DNA of 64,000 nt from Owenia fusiformis (taxonomy: Eukaryota): positions 34,410,001 to 34,474,000 of the forward strand of contig CAIIXF020000001.1 in the NCBI GenBank assembly GCA_903813345.2, given 5' to 3'. Below the pieces are notes generated by a model. That model was not told where the DNA came from. It searched no databases and saw nothing but the letters and a program-made list of their open reading frames with translations. The position numbers and the translations under genes are program-made. This document shows, one piece after another, positions 62,205 to 64,000 of this stretch (position 1 is its first letter; each line of letters starts with the position of its first letter).

Positions 62205-62525
62205 CAGAAGGGGATGTTACAGACAAGGGGACGGGGGATGTTACAGGGGTTGATGACAAAAAGAAAGGGTGTCACAGGAGGGGAGGATGCAACAGAGGGA
62301 GGGTGTGTCAATCAAATGGATGGTGTTACAGGGTGGTGTTACTGGAGTTGTTGACATAAAGAAAGGGTGTCACAGGAGGGGACATTGTCACAGAGGGGGG
62401 TGTCAATCAAGAGGACTGTGTTACAGAGGGGTGTTACAGGAGTTGGTGACAAAAAGAAAGGGTGTCACTGTCACAAAGGATGAGGATGTTACAGAGGGGG
62501 TGTCAAACAGGAAAGGGGGTGTTAT
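62205..62525 (+). repeat. G-rich minisatellite
   Basis: Recurrent TGTTACAG(A)GGGG, GGTGTCA and GACAAAAAGAAAGGGTGTCAC units. Confidence 0.6.
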
Positions 62526-62770
62526 AATCTTTAATACACACCTTATTAGGTTGTGATATAAACCAAAACAATACTGCCAATTGTTATCTACCCCGTATTA
62601 GCCACCTGGTGGTGGAACTGGTAACTACCTACTAGCATCTGGGTTACTGTATTTAGTAATTTTGTTATAAGGAAGTGATATCCTCATGGCCACAGCCAGG
62701 AGGGGACCAGTGATACAGATGTACTTAGGGATACAATGGTTCTTGTATAAAATTATGTATGATGTGGTAC

Positions 62771-62866
62771 CTTTATTTCTTCCTCTTCATCATCTTCAAG
62801 TAGATCTTCACCTCTTGAACCCCGTGAATTACTAGATTCTGATGAATCTAGCATGATGACATCCAT
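62771..62866 (-). CDS. ATXN7L3: Probable first coding exon of ATXN7L3/Sgf11 (MDVIMLDSSESSNSRGSRGEDLLEDDEEEEIK)
   Basis: ATG in ACAATGG context, TTTAG acceptor 9 nt upstream, 32 open codons ending AAG|GTACCA in phase 0, matching the phase-0 start of exon 33134-33249. The peptide itself is not recognisably conserved, so the link is inferred. Confidence 0.6.
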
Positions 62867-63109
62867 TGTTGAGGACTAAAGTTAAGTTATCCCCTAAAGA
62901 CCTAGGTCAAACAGTACTCCAGTATAATTGCCAGTAAGTGCAACAGGTGCTCTGAAAATTAATGTAATGGAATTGAAGCACATATTATTGAAGTACACTG
63001 TGGTCAATTTGAATTGCAAATATCAGTCTGGCAAATAAGGATCTTTTCACTGTAGCCTTTGTCCAGAAACATTTGAAACACTCTCGCCAAAATGTTTTTT
63101 TTGTCTACC

Positions 63110-63849
63110 CCCAAGTGAGTAAATATTGTATTAGTGATTTGTTAGTGGTGATTTTCATTAACAGACCACTTTTTGCCCTTGACTTAACAGGTGGTTTATT
63201 AGTTGAAAAAATTACCATGCAAATGATATAAAAATTATTGACCAATCAGAGAGCATGTAATACACTACTAATAGATCACTCCTGAAGTCTCAAGTATTAC
63301 TAAGAGACCACTAATACATCACTCCCTAATGTCTTATACACCACTAATACACCACTACTAGTCTAATAGACTACTAACAAATCACTCCCGAAATCTCCGA
63401 ATTTTATACATCCATAAGGTACAAAATCTCTATAGTACTAAATTCAGTGAGAAATATGAATAAGATTTAACATGTACATCTTCTACATACCTTTATGATT
63501 ATGCTGAGCAAGATTCAATAAAATCCAGTCACCTTTCTGGTTGTAATGCTACATTTCGTTGTAGAATGAATTATCTCACATTTTAACTATTTCCGCCATT
63601 TAAAAGGGGTTTCTCATTCTAAATCAAGGATCAGTTTAATACACTACTAATAGACCATTCCAGAAAAAATCGAGTTAATACACTACTTACAAACCACTCC
63701 ACCTAAAAAACCTTAGAGTGGTTTATTAGTTGAGTATTGCCAGTTTTAATACATAACTTACAAACCACTTGACTAAATCACTTTACATGGTGTATTGGTG
63801 ATCTTTTGGTGATGTATTGGTGGTATATTAGATTTCTTTTTTACTTGGG
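63110..63849. mobile_element. EnSpm/CMC-like MITE
   Basis: CCCAAGT / ACTTGGG ends, 2-bp flank CC on both sides, many ACCACT(A) subrepeats. Confidence 0.55.
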
Positions 63850-64000
63850 CCATAATTTTGTCTAGTCAGTATGCATATGCTCTCGACTTAATTGTGCCCC
63901 AAAAAACTATGCGTGAATTGTGAATTGTAAATTAAAATGTTTGAAACTAGAAAAACAGCAACTCCACGGAGTAGCAAATCCCACTGAACAAAACATATTT

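Overview
AT-rich animal (probably marine invertebrate; taxon not determinable here) genomic DNA, read by eye without searches. Most of the window appears to be intronic sequence of one minus-strand host gene, an ATXN7L3/Sgf11 orthologue (SAGA deubiquitinase module). Four coding exons join in frame (62771-62866, 33134-33249, a 17-nt microexon 21952-21968, 17249-17417); no later exon was found. The introns are packed with nested mobile DNA: an intact two-ORF LINE (SGNH-esterase-like ORF1, APE-RT ORF2), an older split LINE, many MITEs (hAT-, EnSpm/CMC-, Tc1/mariner-, Harbinger- and Transib-like ends) and at least five families of Helentron-associated (HINE/DINE-1-like) elements built from subterminal inverted repeats, tandem arrays and a (GGAC)n module. 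Main highlights: (i) two distinct Naiad-like Penelope retroelement fragments sit in the same orientation at the (GGAC)n module of two different HINE families; (ii) a near-perfect 3449-bp inverted duplication (52908-56356 / 57546-60994) has template-switch-type junctions and duplicates one RT insertion; (iii) the microexon has a duplicated 3' splice site that would create a premature stop. Family assignments rest on motif recognition only.
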